Below are positions 39,265-48,865 of a stretch of DNA of 64,000 nucleotides, piece after piece (position 1 is the stretch's first letter; each line of letters begins with the position of its first letter). Made by a program: the position numbers and the translations under genes. The notes beneath the pieces were generated by a model that saw only the letters and a list, made by a program, of their open reading frames with translations, made no database searches and was not told the DNA's origin. Origin of the DNA: an uncultured Candidatus Saccharibacteria bacterium (lineage in GTDB: Bacteria; Patescibacteriota; Minisyncoccia; Phycocordibacterales; PALSA-1337); the NCBI GenBank assembly GCA_964403205.1, contig CAYOER010000001.1, positions 14,037-78,036 on the forward strand, given 5' to 3'.

Positions 39265-40041
39265 TTAATTATATCTTGGTACACCTACATTCTTTGTTTC
39301 CATCTGTATATCTCCGAAATTGCTATTCTGTTCTACATAGATAGTTCCCTGCTTTACAAGCTCAAGCATTGCGAGAAAGCCCACAATAACATTTATCTTT
39401 TCACCCTTATGATTATTAGCAAAATCTTTGAAACTCATTTTGAGCCCTACTGTTATACGTTTCGTCAGATTATCTATCATTTCTTCTAGACTAATTACTT
39501 TTCTTACTATTGCTTTTGGTATATTTTCTTTTTTAGGCAGACTATTGATTATATCTTTTATACTTTTTGCTAGAGATAATAGATTCATACTTTCATGAGG
39601 AGAAAAGATCGGCTCAATATTTCTTGCCTGTGATTGAGAAAATATTACTTCTTTACAGAATATCTCTTTTATATTGAGACTTGCTTCTTTTATTCTCTTA
39701 TATATTTTCAAACGTATTTCTAGATCATGGACATCCACCTCTTCTTCTTCTGTAAGAGATAGAGTAGGTAGGAGTGATCTGGACTTTATAAGTAGAAGAG
39801 TAGAGGCAATGAGTATGAATTGGGCACTTTCTCCTATCGGTAATTTATCAAATTGTTCTATATGATGTATATAATCATCTGTAACCTTTGCCAGAGAAAT
39901 ATCATTAATAAAAAATTTGCGCTTTTCTATTAGTGACAATAGTAGATCTAGAGGTCCTTCGAAGACTTCGGTTTTGATTTTGAATTTTATATCTGGAACT
40001 ATCTTTTCTGCTTTTATAGCTTCTATGGAGGAGTTATCCAT
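39265..40041 (-). CDS. scpA: segregation and condensation protein A
   Basis: FEGPLDLLLSLIEKRKFFINDISLAKVTDDYI is the ScpA N-terminus. Confidence 0.85.
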   Translation of the reverse strand: MDNSSIEAIKAEKIVPDIKFKIKTEVFEGPLDLLLSLIEKRKFFINDISLAKVTDDYIHHIEQFDKLPIGESAQFILIASTLLLIKSRSLLPTLSLTEEEEVDVHDLEIRLKIYKRIKEASLNIKEIFCKEVIFSQSQARNIEPIFSPHESMNLLSLAKSIKDIINSLPKKENIPKAIVRKVISLEEMIDNLTKRITVGLKMSFKDFANNHKGEKINVIVGFLAMLELVKQGTIYVEQNSNFGDIQMETKNVGVPRYN

Positions 40042-40118
40042 GAGGGAAATTATAGCATAAAAATAAAAAGCCAGGAGGATAGAACTCCTTGGCTTTCATT
40101 AATTTCTCTGATTGCGAG

Positions 40119-40598
40119 CTAGCTCGCAATGCCACACATTGCCTGCCGACGCTTCTTGCTATGCCCATTTCTGCCGTTGCGCCCATGGGTGCTATTGGCG
40201 AGAGCGACAATTTCTTCATTTGAAATACCGCCTCGAATTGGAAGGACAAGGGCTGGCTTACATGGAAACCAATCCTCTGCAATCACATCGGATTGCTGAG
40301 TCGGGAAGACTGCATCCTCCACCGGCTTTCTGGCAGTTTTTCCATCGAAACTCTTGCGAGGTCCCCAGATCCAGGCACAGAGTTTGTTGTCTGTACTTCT
40401 ACCGTCTAGGATCAGGACGATCAGATCCCCAGTCTGTGGATGTTCGTCGAGGTGGTTTTCAGTGATCCACCCAGACTCAGTCTCTCTGCAGGAATCGATG
40501 TGGATATAGACTTCGCCTTGGCTGGTATTTTCCAAGCTAGCAAAGCCGAACCCCCGATTTCCGAATCGAGTCACTGTCGCAAACCTAATCTGTGCCAT
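40119..40598 (-). CDS. cold-shock-domain (CSD) protein with a ~100-aa C-terminal extension, in a G+C-rich (about 55%) islet
   Basis: The N-terminal ATVTRFGNRGFGFASLE...GEVYIHID matches the CSD RNP motifs (G.VKWFN..KGFGFI ... DVFVHFS). Confidence 0.6.
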   Translation of the reverse strand: MAQIRFATVTRFGNRGFGFASLENTSQGEVYIHIDSCRETESGWITENHLDEHPQTGDLIVLILDGRSTDNKLCAWIWGPRKSFDGKTARKPVEDAVFPTQQSDVIAEDWFPCKPALVLPIRGGISNEEIVALANSTHGRNGRNGHSKKRRQAMCGIAS

Positions 40599-40691
40599 AT
40601 ATATCCTTAATCGAATTGTGTTGTGCTAAAGCAAAGAGATAGCCTAAAATAAGGATCCCCAAGCTCGTTCTATATAACCCTAGCATACTAT

Positions 40692-40706
40692 TGACTAGTT
40701 GTCAAT
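40692..40706. promoter_or_regulatory. near-palindromic operator-like site TTGAC-tagtt-GTCAA upstream of the CSD gene
   Basis: TTGACTAGTTGTCAA (12/15 palindromic positions) about 95 nt upstream of the CSD start; it overlaps a -35-like TTGACA on the coding strand. Confidence 0.3.
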
Positions 40707-40783
40707 ATTAATTTAATATTACCCTACTTTTCTGTGGACATTATACCAAAAAGTTCGGATTTTTCGGCGGGCGGGCTTAAATT

Positions 40784-42562
40784 CTAATTACCAACAACCT
40801 CAAATAAGCACTTATTTTTTGTAACTATATTTTTGAGATATTCGTCACAGAAATTTACCATATCCTTGAAGGGTAAAAACTTTGGCTGGGTGTTGGTAAT
40901 TTTATAAGGGAAAATATAGAAATTCATTTTATTATCTCCCAGCACTACTCCGGCTCCAATGCCTTGATTAGTCTCTGATGTTTGCTGATCGAAGATTAAA
41001 CTTCCTAAGGAATAAAAAATTGTCCTGTTCTTATATATTTCTACTGACTGAATCACATGTGGATGGTGACCAAAAATGACATCCGCTCCATTATCAATAA
41101 GGCTATGTGCTATCTCTTTTTGGATTTTTGATTGAAGTTTATCGTATTCGTAACCCCAATGAATGTTTATAACAACATAGTTATTTTCTGACTTCAGTCT
41201 CTTAACGAGAGGATAAAAATTCTCTACGGGCACAGGTTGATTTGTTTGGTCTATGCCCACAAATGCAATATTCTTGTCATGAACCTTCTTAATTACATAA
41301 CTTGATTCGAGAGATCGGTTTCCAAAGTAGCCAATATTGTAATTACTCAAATATTTTTGTGTGCTATCAATTCCCGCTTGGTAACAATCAAATGAGTGAT
41401 TATTCGCAAGATTTACTAAATCAAAATTAGCGGCGTATAACAGCTTGTTGGTAGTAGAGGCAAACTGGAAAGTAAGTTCCTTATTTTGGCACTCAGCTCT
41501 AGGTATCTCAATAATTGGACCCTCAAGATTGCCGATAATAAAGTCCACCCCCTTTAAGAAATTACCTTCGGTCCCACGAATAAACTCGAACGGGTCCTTT
41601 CCTTTTTGAGTGTATACCCTTACTCCACGATCAAACATCATATCTCCAAAGTTAAGAATAGAGACGTTTTCACTCATTACTGGTTTGCCTTTTATGAAAT
41701 ATGAAAAGAGATAACTTGTTACATCCTCTGAATCAAAATTTGCGCCAAATATAGCTGAGTTTGTATTCTTATACTCCATTTTCTGAGCGCCTTTACCTTC
41801 AAGATATTTCAAGAGAGTATATATTGACGGAGGACTATCTATCTCAAGATTTAGGACCGTATCGTAATCAAAATTATCTATAGCAGATATACTTTTCTTA
41901 TCGTGAAATTCTGAAACAATCTCTTTACTGTGATGTGAGAAATCTACGCTAGCAAGAATAAGAGTATCAACAGGGAGAGTTTTATTTAAATCACTGACTA
42001 GCTGATCTAATTTTGCTTTCGATGTCGTTCTTTTGAGGATTATAGGTACTAATTTTGAATCAGGAAAAGCTTTTTTAATGTAAGAAACATCTGCAGCGAT
42101 TGAATGCTCTATTTCAAATGGCTGTTCGTTATTATGAACGATACTATCCTGGAGGAGTTGATCAATGGTTTTACTATCCGGCTCGAGTATTCCCCACGGT
42201 GTTTGGTATGGATATTTAGAAACCAAAATATCATCAGTTCCCAAACTATAATGATTTGGTCCTATTAGTACAATCGTCTTAGGGTGTTGTTTTTTTAAAC
42301 TAGCAAAGAATTGTGCAATTTCTGAGGCCACATACAGATGATGCGAAAGAATCCCACCATAAACCTTCTCATCAAACACCTTCTTGGGCACAATCTCTTC
42401 TACATCCCCGTAGAATGATTTATCCTTAAAAGAAGCGTAGTGGAAATTTGTGTATACAATTTCTTGCACCTTTTCAGCTTTCTTGGAATAGCCTATGGCT
42501 AGCAGTGCAACTAAAGCCACCCCTAAAATTATAGGTAATAATATCAGGGTGATCTTCTTCAT
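40784..42562 (-). CDS. membrane-anchored fusion of a MEMO1/AmmeMemoRadiSam-B-like domain and a CapA/PGA_cap metallophosphoesterase domain
   Basis: N-terminal half: YGGILSHHLYVAS ... TIVLIGPNHY ... TPWG ... EHSI ... LVPIILK ... SVDFSHH (MEMO pattern). C-terminal half: HWGYEY ... GADVIFGHHPH (CapA signature). Confidence 0.55.
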   Translation of the reverse strand: MKKITLILLPIILGVALVALLAIGYSKKAEKVQEIVYTNFHYASFKDKSFYGDVEEIVPKKVFDEKVYGGILSHHLYVASEIAQFFASLKKQHPKTIVLIGPNHYSLGTDDILVSKYPYQTPWGILEPDSKTIDQLLQDSIVHNNEQPFEIEHSIAADVSYIKKAFPDSKLVPIILKRTTSKAKLDQLVSDLNKTLPVDTLILASVDFSHHSKEIVSEFHDKKSISAIDNFDYDTVLNLEIDSPPSIYTLLKYLEGKGAQKMEYKNTNSAIFGANFDSEDVTSYLFSYFIKGKPVMSENVSILNFGDMMFDRGVRVYTQKGKDPFEFIRGTEGNFLKGVDFIIGNLEGPIIEIPRAECQNKELTFQFASTTNKLLYAANFDLVNLANNHSFDCYQAGIDSTQKYLSNYNIGYFGNRSLESSYVIKKVHDKNIAFVGIDQTNQPVPVENFYPLVKRLKSENNYVVINIHWGYEYDKLQSKIQKEIAHSLIDNGADVIFGHHPHVIQSVEIYKNRTIFYSLGSLIFDQQTSETNQGIGAGVVLGDNKMNFYIFPYKITNTQPKFLPFKDMVNFCDEYLKNIVTKNKCLFEVVGN

Positions 42563-42565
42563 GTG

Positions 42566-44188
42566 TTATCTAAGTAATACTCCACCCCATTCTGCGACTA
42601 TGAATCCATTGCGCTCCGGTGTTACAGGTAGTACCTGTGGCTTTATATCTTTTGCTTGAGTTAAACCTTTTGCTGTCAACATAACTCTTATAACTGTATC
42701 TGGATAAACAGGAGAAATCTTGAGAGGTGCCATTTGGTCAAGCTGATTCTTTGGCAAGAATGAGATCTGGTAATACGGCATATCACTGAGCTTCGTAACC
42801 CAATATTCTTTGAAGTCTGCAATTTCCTTAGTATTCAATCCGAGTATCTTTAATTTTTCATCGAGGAAGCTAGCAATATTTTCTTTCTTCACTATCCAGC
42901 CTTCTGTTTCGTTTATCGGATAATTAAGACCGATTCCAGACCAGTAAAGATAGTCGTAATTATTGCCCGTCTTAAGATCGACAACATTACCGTTTGGATT
43001 CGCTTCTACGTTCCACCCGTCATCAGTATATTGAGGGATGGTCTTAATGAATCCTCCATTTGGAGTAACTTGAACATTAAGATTAGTTTTCTCCGTAGGA
43101 TAGAGATAGATTACAGGTTTACACTTCTCTGCCGCAATAAGGAATCTTTTATTCTTAAACTCAATCCATCTTCCCAGTGGGTCCTTCCAGTACATCAAAG
43201 GATGAAAATTCGTAAATTGCTGATAAGTATATTTATTTGTCGCTACTTGCTGATAATTACCAGATTCGTTACTTATGTACGCAACAGTATTTTTGTCATT
43301 ATACAAAGCCTGAAGGGTTGGATCTGAAGAATTTTTATACTCGTAAAAATCTTCTCCATTTGATGCCTTACCTGCGAGAATTAATCTGTCGTTCAGCTTC
43401 AATTCTGTATCTTTTACATCGGCAAGATACATACAAACAGCTCCACATCCTCCTATGCGAGTGAATTCATATTGCTCATTATTTTGTACATTACCGTTAA
43501 AAGTAAGATTTACTTCTCCGTTTTCAGCATTCACAAACGGTATTTTAAAATCGTATGCAATTGCTGTGTGGTCAGGCAACTCAATCATGATGCAACCATG
43601 ATCTGTTAGATAAAAATCTCCGAGGCCCACCATACTAAACAATTTCTTTACAGGCTTTACATCTTTGTAAAGCATACTTGGGGAGTACCATTTCTTCATC
43701 TTGTAATTTGATCCGGGGAAAGCTATTTCTTCCGGTAGATCAGAAATCCCATGTATTGTAAACTTGTTTTCCTCTAAAGAAACCTTTTTACCATTTGAAA
43801 TAACATAGTGATCGTAATAATCGCCTCCCATTTCGCCTTGAGCACGCAAATATATTGTTTGACCCTTCAGGGCTCCATTTGTGATCTGGCCAACAATATA
43901 TTTAGTTGAGTAATCACAACCTGGTTTGCCTTCACAATTTTCAGATACATTCGTTAACTGATTTTGCCATGCAACTTCAACCAAATAGGGTGTAACACTG
44001 AATGATATGGATGGTTCAGGTTGGTTATCAGTAGGTGTGGTATTTTTTACTGGATTATTTACAACGGGACTATTATCCACTATTTTATTAAGGGACACAT
44101 CGCCTATTTTTTTGTTTTGGAATATAAAAAATCCTGCTACTACAATAACTATTATACCGACCACAACCCAAATATTTTTGTTATGCAT
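42566..44188 (-). CDS. hypothetical secreted protein (N-terminal TM/signal anchor), probably co-transcribed with the CapA fusion
   Basis: A 540-aa ORF with an N-terminal hydrophobic helix and no recognised motif; it is 3 nt from the downstream gene. Confidence 0.5.
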   Translation of the reverse strand: MHNKNIWVVVGIIVIVVAGFFIFQNKKIGDVSLNKIVDNSPVVNNPVKNTTPTDNQPEPSISFSVTPYLVEVAWQNQLTNVSENCEGKPGCDYSTKYIVGQITNGALKGQTIYLRAQGEMGGDYYDHYVISNGKKVSLEENKFTIHGISDLPEEIAFPGSNYKMKKWYSPSMLYKDVKPVKKLFSMVGLGDFYLTDHGCIMIELPDHTAIAYDFKIPFVNAENGEVNLTFNGNVQNNEQYEFTRIGGCGAVCMYLADVKDTELKLNDRLILAGKASNGEDFYEYKNSSDPTLQALYNDKNTVAYISNESGNYQQVATNKYTYQQFTNFHPLMYWKDPLGRWIEFKNKRFLIAAEKCKPVIYLYPTEKTNLNVQVTPNGGFIKTIPQYTDDGWNVEANPNGNVVDLKTGNNYDYLYWSGIGLNYPINETEGWIVKKENIASFLDEKLKILGLNTKEIADFKEYWVTKLSDMPYYQISFLPKNQLDQMAPLKISPVYPDTVIRVMLTAKGLTQAKDIKPQVLPVTPERNGFIVAEWGGVLLR

Positions 44189-44229
44189 AATTTTGACAAA
44201 AATTAGTTAATAATATCAAGAATTCAATT

Positions 44230-45618
44230 TTACCTAAGCTTAATCCCCAATTCCTTCAATTGCTTTTCATTTGCTTCGCTTGGTGCATTCATCATAAGAT
44301 CCTTCCCTTCTCCTGTTTTCGGATAAGCTATCACTTCACGGATATTAGGTTCCCCTAATAGAATCATCACTATACGATCTATACCAGGAGCGAATCCTCC
44401 ATGTGGAGGAGCACCGTATTTGAAAGCTTCTAACATATGAGCAAATTTTCTCTGTTGTTCTTCCTCACTGATTCTTAATAATTCGAATACTCTTTTTTGT
44501 ATATCACTTTGATGTATACGAATACTACCAGAACTTAACTCATAACCATTTAATACTAGATCATAGGAATTCGCTCTTATTGAGAATAAATCTTTACCAG
44601 ACATGAAATTTCCCAAATCTTCTTCTTTTATAGAACAGAATGGATGATGTGCCGCTTGTATATTTCCTTCTTCATCTTTCTCAAACATTGGAAAATCGAC
44701 AATCCATGCAAAAGCGAGTTCATTTGGATTATTTTTATCCTTTCTTAAATCTGGCTTATCTGAACCATATTTATCCACTGATTCTTTATATGTAAGTCTT
44801 GGAAAAGGGATCTGTGTAAAGGTTTTTTCTGGAAAAAGAGTTTTTACTAATTCTATAAACATCGGTTCTGTATAGCTTAATATATCCTCTTGATTTACGA
44901 ATGACATTTCGAAATCCAGCTGTGTAAATTCTGGCTGTCTGTCTCCTCTTAGATCCTCATCTCTCATACATCTCGCTATTTGGAAATATCTATCGAATCC
45001 TGCCACCATAGAAAGTTGCTTAAACTGTTGTGGACTTTGTGGAAGAGCATAGAATTTACCATTTTCTATTCTAGATGGTACTAGATACTCTCTAGAACCC
45101 TCTGGTGTACCTTTCATAAGAATTGGAGTTTCTATTTCTACAAAATTATTCTTATGCATATACTCTCTAAAGAAAGTGATAATTTTATCTCGCATTACTA
45201 TATTTCTCTGCATCCTCGGTCTTCGGAGATCTAGGTATCTATATTTCAATCTCACCTCTTCCCCTATTTCCCTTCCATCACTTTGTACATCAAAAGGTGG
45301 AGTTTCTGCTCTATTTAAGACTTTAATATTTAAAATTTCTAATTCTATATTGCCATTCTGTTTATCTTTTTGTGCATTCTTTTCTGGACGTTTATTTACC
45401 TTTCCTTTCACCTCTACTACCCATTCTGGTCTGATTTCTTTTGCTATTTCTAATGTCTCTTTATTGTTAGATAGAACGACACCTTGTATCTTCCCTGTTA
45501 CATCACGGAAATCAAAGAAGACCATTTTACCCTGATCACGCCGAATATCGATCCAGCCGGATATGCTTATTTCTTCACCTATTTTACTTCCTAGATCCTT
45601 TATATATGTTCTTTTCAT
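44230..45618 (-). CDS. aspS: aspartyl-tRNA synthetase (class IIb, lacking the GAD insertion domain)
   Basis: Motif 2 FRDEDLRGDRQPEFTQLDFEMSF; motif 3 GGFAPGIDRIVMILLG; a bacterial AspRS-type C-terminus (AYPKTGEGKDLMMNAPSEANEKQLKELGI). Only 462 aa. Confidence 0.8.
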   Translation of the reverse strand: MKRTYIKDLGSKIGEEISISGWIDIRRDQGKMVFFDFRDVTGKIQGVVLSNNKETLEIAKEIRPEWVVEVKGKVNKRPEKNAQKDKQNGNIELEILNIKVLNRAETPPFDVQSDGREIGEEVRLKYRYLDLRRPRMQRNIVMRDKIITFFREYMHKNNFVEIETPILMKGTPEGSREYLVPSRIENGKFYALPQSPQQFKQLSMVAGFDRYFQIARCMRDEDLRGDRQPEFTQLDFEMSFVNQEDILSYTEPMFIELVKTLFPEKTFTQIPFPRLTYKESVDKYGSDKPDLRKDKNNPNELAFAWIVDFPMFEKDEEGNIQAAHHPFCSIKEEDLGNFMSGKDLFSIRANSYDLVLNGYELSSGSIRIHQSDIQKRVFELLRISEEEQQRKFAHMLEAFKYGAPPHGGFAPGIDRIVMILLGEPNIREVIAYPKTGEGKDLMMNAPSEANEKQLKELGIKLR

Positions 45619-45687
45619 ATTAGGGTAATATTAGCATATTACTGTATTCATTTCATCTGGTAATAGATAATCTTTATTGCTATTATT

Positions 45688-45975
45688 ATGTCAGAAAGGC
45701 TCCCCATGATCAACTCCGAAATTACAGATAAAATCATGCAGGGTTTGCAGGTTTCTCTGGAAGCAATAGGAAAGGATGAGGATGAGATTAGAAAATTGAT
45801 GTGGCACTTCAGAAGTATGATGATAAATGTGAATCGAAATGTGTATATTCTGCCATCCGGCGATTACAAATTCACACTTGTCATTGCTTCTGTAGCTAAT
45901 CAACAAATTCGTTTACTTGTTGCAAGTGCTCTCAATCAATCAAGCCTCAACTTCTCCACTGTTTCTGCTGTATGA
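45688..45975 (+). CDS. hypothetical small protein in a G+C-elevated segment
   Basis: A 95-aa ORF followed by the hairpin cgccacgc...gcgtggcg; no recognised motif. Confidence 0.3.
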   Translation: MSERLPMINSEITDKIMQGLQVSLEAIGKDEDEIRKLMWHFRSMMINVNRNVYILPSGDYKFTLVIASVANQQIRLLVASALNQSSLNFSTVSAV

Positions 45976-46049
45976 GAAACACAGACTCAACTAACGCCAC
46001 GCTCTGAATTAACACTCAGGCGTGGCGAGGGTTGTTATGTAAGGTTATT

Positions 46050-46442
46050 TTATTTAATCTCCACTATCTCCACCCCACTTTCCCCTACCCTTACCTCTGC
46101 ATATCTATAGACATTTGCATTTTTATAATTCCCTACTGTAGTGATCTTATGAATATTCCCTACTTTTTCTACTTTTAGAATCTGACAATATAGCCACGGC
46201 ATATCTATAGATTCATCACCCTCTCTAATTTCAAAAAAATAATCATGAATAAGCATAAGTATTGCCTGATCTATACATGAAAAAGCATAATAATGATTCA
46301 TGGTTCTATACTCTTTACGTAGAGCTTGATCAAAAAATGTTGCTGATTCTAAAGATGAATAAGAAATAAGAGCTAATAGTATGCCTGATACCATGAGTAC
46401 AATTATTATGGCGATGAAACCTTTATTATTTTTCTTTTTCAT
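46050..46442 (-). CDS. pseudopilin-like protein (N-terminal prepilin-like hydrophobic segment)
   Basis: MKKKNNKGFIAIIIVLMVSGILLALISY has a charged leader, a Gly and a hydrophobic helix, but no Glu at +5. Confidence 0.45.
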   Translation of the reverse strand: MKKKNNKGFIAIIIVLMVSGILLALISYSSLESATFFDQALRKEYRTMNHYYAFSCIDQAILMLIHDYFFEIREGDESIDMPWLYCQILKVEKVGNIHKITTVGNYKNANVYRYAEVRVGESGVEIVEIK

Positions 46443-46584
46443 AATTTTTATCTATTTTTCTTTGTTCAAGATCAATAATCATATAGACAGACGAAAAAAC
46501 ACCAATCATTAGTATTGCCAATAAAGCTGTATATATTATTGTTTCTATAAGAGTATTCCCTTTTTTATTTTTTCTTATATTCAT
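46429..46584 (-). CDS. unannotated 52-aa type IV prepilin-like ORF (class III signal peptide)
   Basis: The reverse-complement translation is MNIRKNKKG|NTLIETIIYTALLAILMIGVFSSVYMIIDLEQRKIDKNYEKEK, with a G-N-T-L-I-E prepilin peptidase motif. Its ATG overlaps the TGA of the upstream pilin gene (ATGA), and its 3' end overlaps the next pilin-like gene by 14 nt. Confidence 0.55.
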
Positions 46585-47801
46585 TTTATTTTCATTATTC
46601 CTATTCCATGACTATCTCCAGTGGCAAAATAGAAAGTGTTTCTATCACAGGTAAAAGCATTCGGTAGAAATCCGAGAGCTCTATCTAATATTTTATTTTC
46701 TAGTGTTTGATCTAATATTTGTAATTCTTTACCAGGAGACTTCGTAGATATATAGATATTAGGAGGACGAATAAGAGTATCATAAACACCACCTGGTATA
46801 TCTCTAGAATATTGTGATGATGAGGAAAATAAAAATAATTCATGATTATTAATATTATTAAATCCACCAACTGTTCTACTGAAAGCGTAAGAATCTTGGA
46901 AAAATGATAGGGATTTCCCTTCTTGAGTTTCATATCCAGATGGAGAAAATGAATCTATTTCTATAATATTAGTATGATCAGAAATATTTAACACAATCAT
47001 CTGCTCTTCATTTGCTGTAGCTAGATAAGCGAGATTACCTTTCACATATATATCATTTACGAGTGTATCAGTCTCAAATCCCCCTAGATAATTTGGTAAA
47101 TATGGATTAGAAACATCTATAATAGCGAATTCCCTACCGTTCCATTTCCTAGTACCTAGATATATTTTATTTTTATAATAGAAAATACTTTCTGCCCAAG
47201 GCGCAGTTGTAGATGCCGTGGGTAATGGTAATTTCAAAGTAGAAATAAGTATTGGATTTTCTCTATTTTCAATATCCAATATTTGCATTTGACTGACTGT
47301 GCTCTGATTTGCAAGATACGCATAGTGTCCTGCAATCTCTAGAGAAGAAAGTCCAGGACTAGTATGTATAGATGAAATAATACTCGATGATGCAGGATCT
47401 CTGGCATCTATAATATAGAAATCTGGAGCAGATAAAATACTAGAATCTGTTGTAAGGTATATAATCCCATTTCTCACTTCTATATCTGTACTGATATTCC
47501 CTATTCCAAGATCTATACCTTGTGAATACAGAGTTATATTTTCTGAATTAAAATATATATTTTCATAACAATTATCTCTACCCCATTCTCTACTATAATC
47601 ACTTAATTTATATTGATTTTCTAGATTTGGTATTTCAGCTTCCAATTTCTCTAGATTTTTCTCTGCTTGATGGTATAGAGCTTGCATAGTTTCTGATAGA
47701 GTCAGTGAGGAAATGAGAAAAAGAGTCATGAGGGAGAAAGCAATCATGATTTCAAGTAAAAGAAAACCATTTATAAATTTTAAATTTAATTTATTTTGCA
47801 T
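46581..47801 (-). CDS. large type IV pilin-like protein (prepilin N-terminus plus a ~370-aa beta-rich domain)
   Basis: N-terminal KFINGFLLLEIMIAFSLMTLF (G-F-x-L-x-E). Confidence 0.7.
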   Translation of the reverse strand: MQNKLNLKFINGFLLLEIMIAFSLMTLFLISSLTLSETMQALYHQAEKNLEKLEAEIPNLENQYKLSDYSREWGRDNCYENIYFNSENITLYSQGIDLGIGNISTDIEVRNGIIYLTTDSSILSAPDFYIIDARDPASSSIISSIHTSPGLSSLEIAGHYAYLANQSTVSQMQILDIENRENPILISTLKLPLPTASTTAPWAESIFYYKNKIYLGTRKWNGREFAIIDVSNPYLPNYLGGFETDTLVNDIYVKGNLAYLATANEEQMIVLNISDHTNIIEIDSFSPSGYETQEGKSLSFFQDSYAFSRTVGGFNNINNHELFLFSSSSQYSRDIPGGVYDTLIRPPNIYISTKSPGKELQILDQTLENKILDRALGFLPNAFTCDRNTFYFATGDSHGIGIMKIK

Positions 47802-47809
47802 TTTTTATT

Positions 47810-48850
47810 TTAACGACTGAGATGATTGGTTATTTCATATATTGGTAAAATAATAGATAGAGCTACACCACCAACCATAATTCCCATAAAGATCATGAGT
47901 ATAGGTTCAATAAAAGATGAAATTTGTTTTATAAATGAGTCCAATTCATCTTCATAGACTCTTGAAAGATTTTTAAACATAAGACCGAGTGTCCCAGTTC
48001 TCTCACCGATAGATAGCATCTCTGGAATAAGTTTAGGAAAGAATCTATTATTCTTCCGCATATAATCAGATATCGATACGCCTTTCATTATTTCATCTAG
48101 AGCATTACCCCATACCTTTTTGTATGGTTCAAAGATAGCAAAGCTTTCGCTTTTCTCAAGAATTTTTGGAATTGATTGTCCATATTCCAGAAGTATCCCT
48201 ATGGAACGACAATTAATACTCAAAGAATATTTTTTCAATATTTCTCCAATAATTGGAAGTGAAATTATCATTTTCTGTATATTGAATTTGAATTTATCTA
48301 TTTTTTTATATAAAAATATGAATAGAAAAAATAAAATAATAATTGAAATACCCGTCCATAATCCATAATCAATAGAGTATTCATATATTTTCTTCACTAA
48401 TCTAGTAATAAAGGGCAAAGTAATATTGAGACTAGAAAAAAGTGGCATAATCTTGGGGAAAATATAAATAATAAGAAAAGCTGTCATGGCTAGAGTAGAT
48501 ATAGCTATGAAAGATGGATATACCATAGCTCCGAAAAGCCTTTTCTTTATATTTTTTGATTTTTCTAATATTTCTTTTGCTTGTTTTATTGATATAGACA
48601 ATATTCCACTTTCTTCACCATAGGCGATCATGGATATGAGTATTTGATCAAAGCGTGTACTAGATAAAGTCATGCTTTTTGAAAGTGATATGCCTTTTCT
48701 TATTTTTTCTCTTATTTCATTTATTATTTTCTTTATTTTTTTATTTTCTTCAGTATTCAGAATAATAGAAAGGGTTTCTTCCATAGATATACCAGAATCT
48801 ATAAGATTGGCTATTTTATCTATGAATTGTATTTGTCTATTTTTATTCAT
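47810..48850 (-). CDS. pilC: type IV pilus/T2SS platform protein PilC (GspF family)
   Basis: A polytopic T2SSF-like protein located between pilB and the pilin genes. Confidence 0.7.
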   Translation of the reverse strand: MNKNRQIQFIDKIANLIDSGISMEETLSIILNTEENKKIKKIINEIREKIRKGISLSKSMTLSSTRFDQILISMIAYGEESGILSISIKQAKEILEKSKNIKKRLFGAMVYPSFIAISTLAMTAFLIIYIFPKIMPLFSSLNITLPFITRLVKKIYEYSIDYGLWTGISIIILFFLFIFLYKKIDKFKFNIQKMIISLPIIGEILKKYSLSINCRSIGILLEYGQSIPKILEKSESFAIFEPYKKVWGNALDEIMKGVSISDYMRKNNRFFPKLIPEMLSIGERTGTLGLMFKNLSRVYEDELDSFIKQISSFIEPILMIFMGIMVGGVALSIILPIYEITNHLSR

Positions 48851-48865
48851 TTTTTTATTTAGAAT

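Noticed and set aside
40034-40465. Two overlapping ORFs (40034-40282 minus, 40112-40465 plus) in the GC-rich islet
   Set aside because: They overlap the cold-shock-domain gene, whose frame has recognisable RNP motifs. Long spurious ORFs are expected in 55% G+C sequence.
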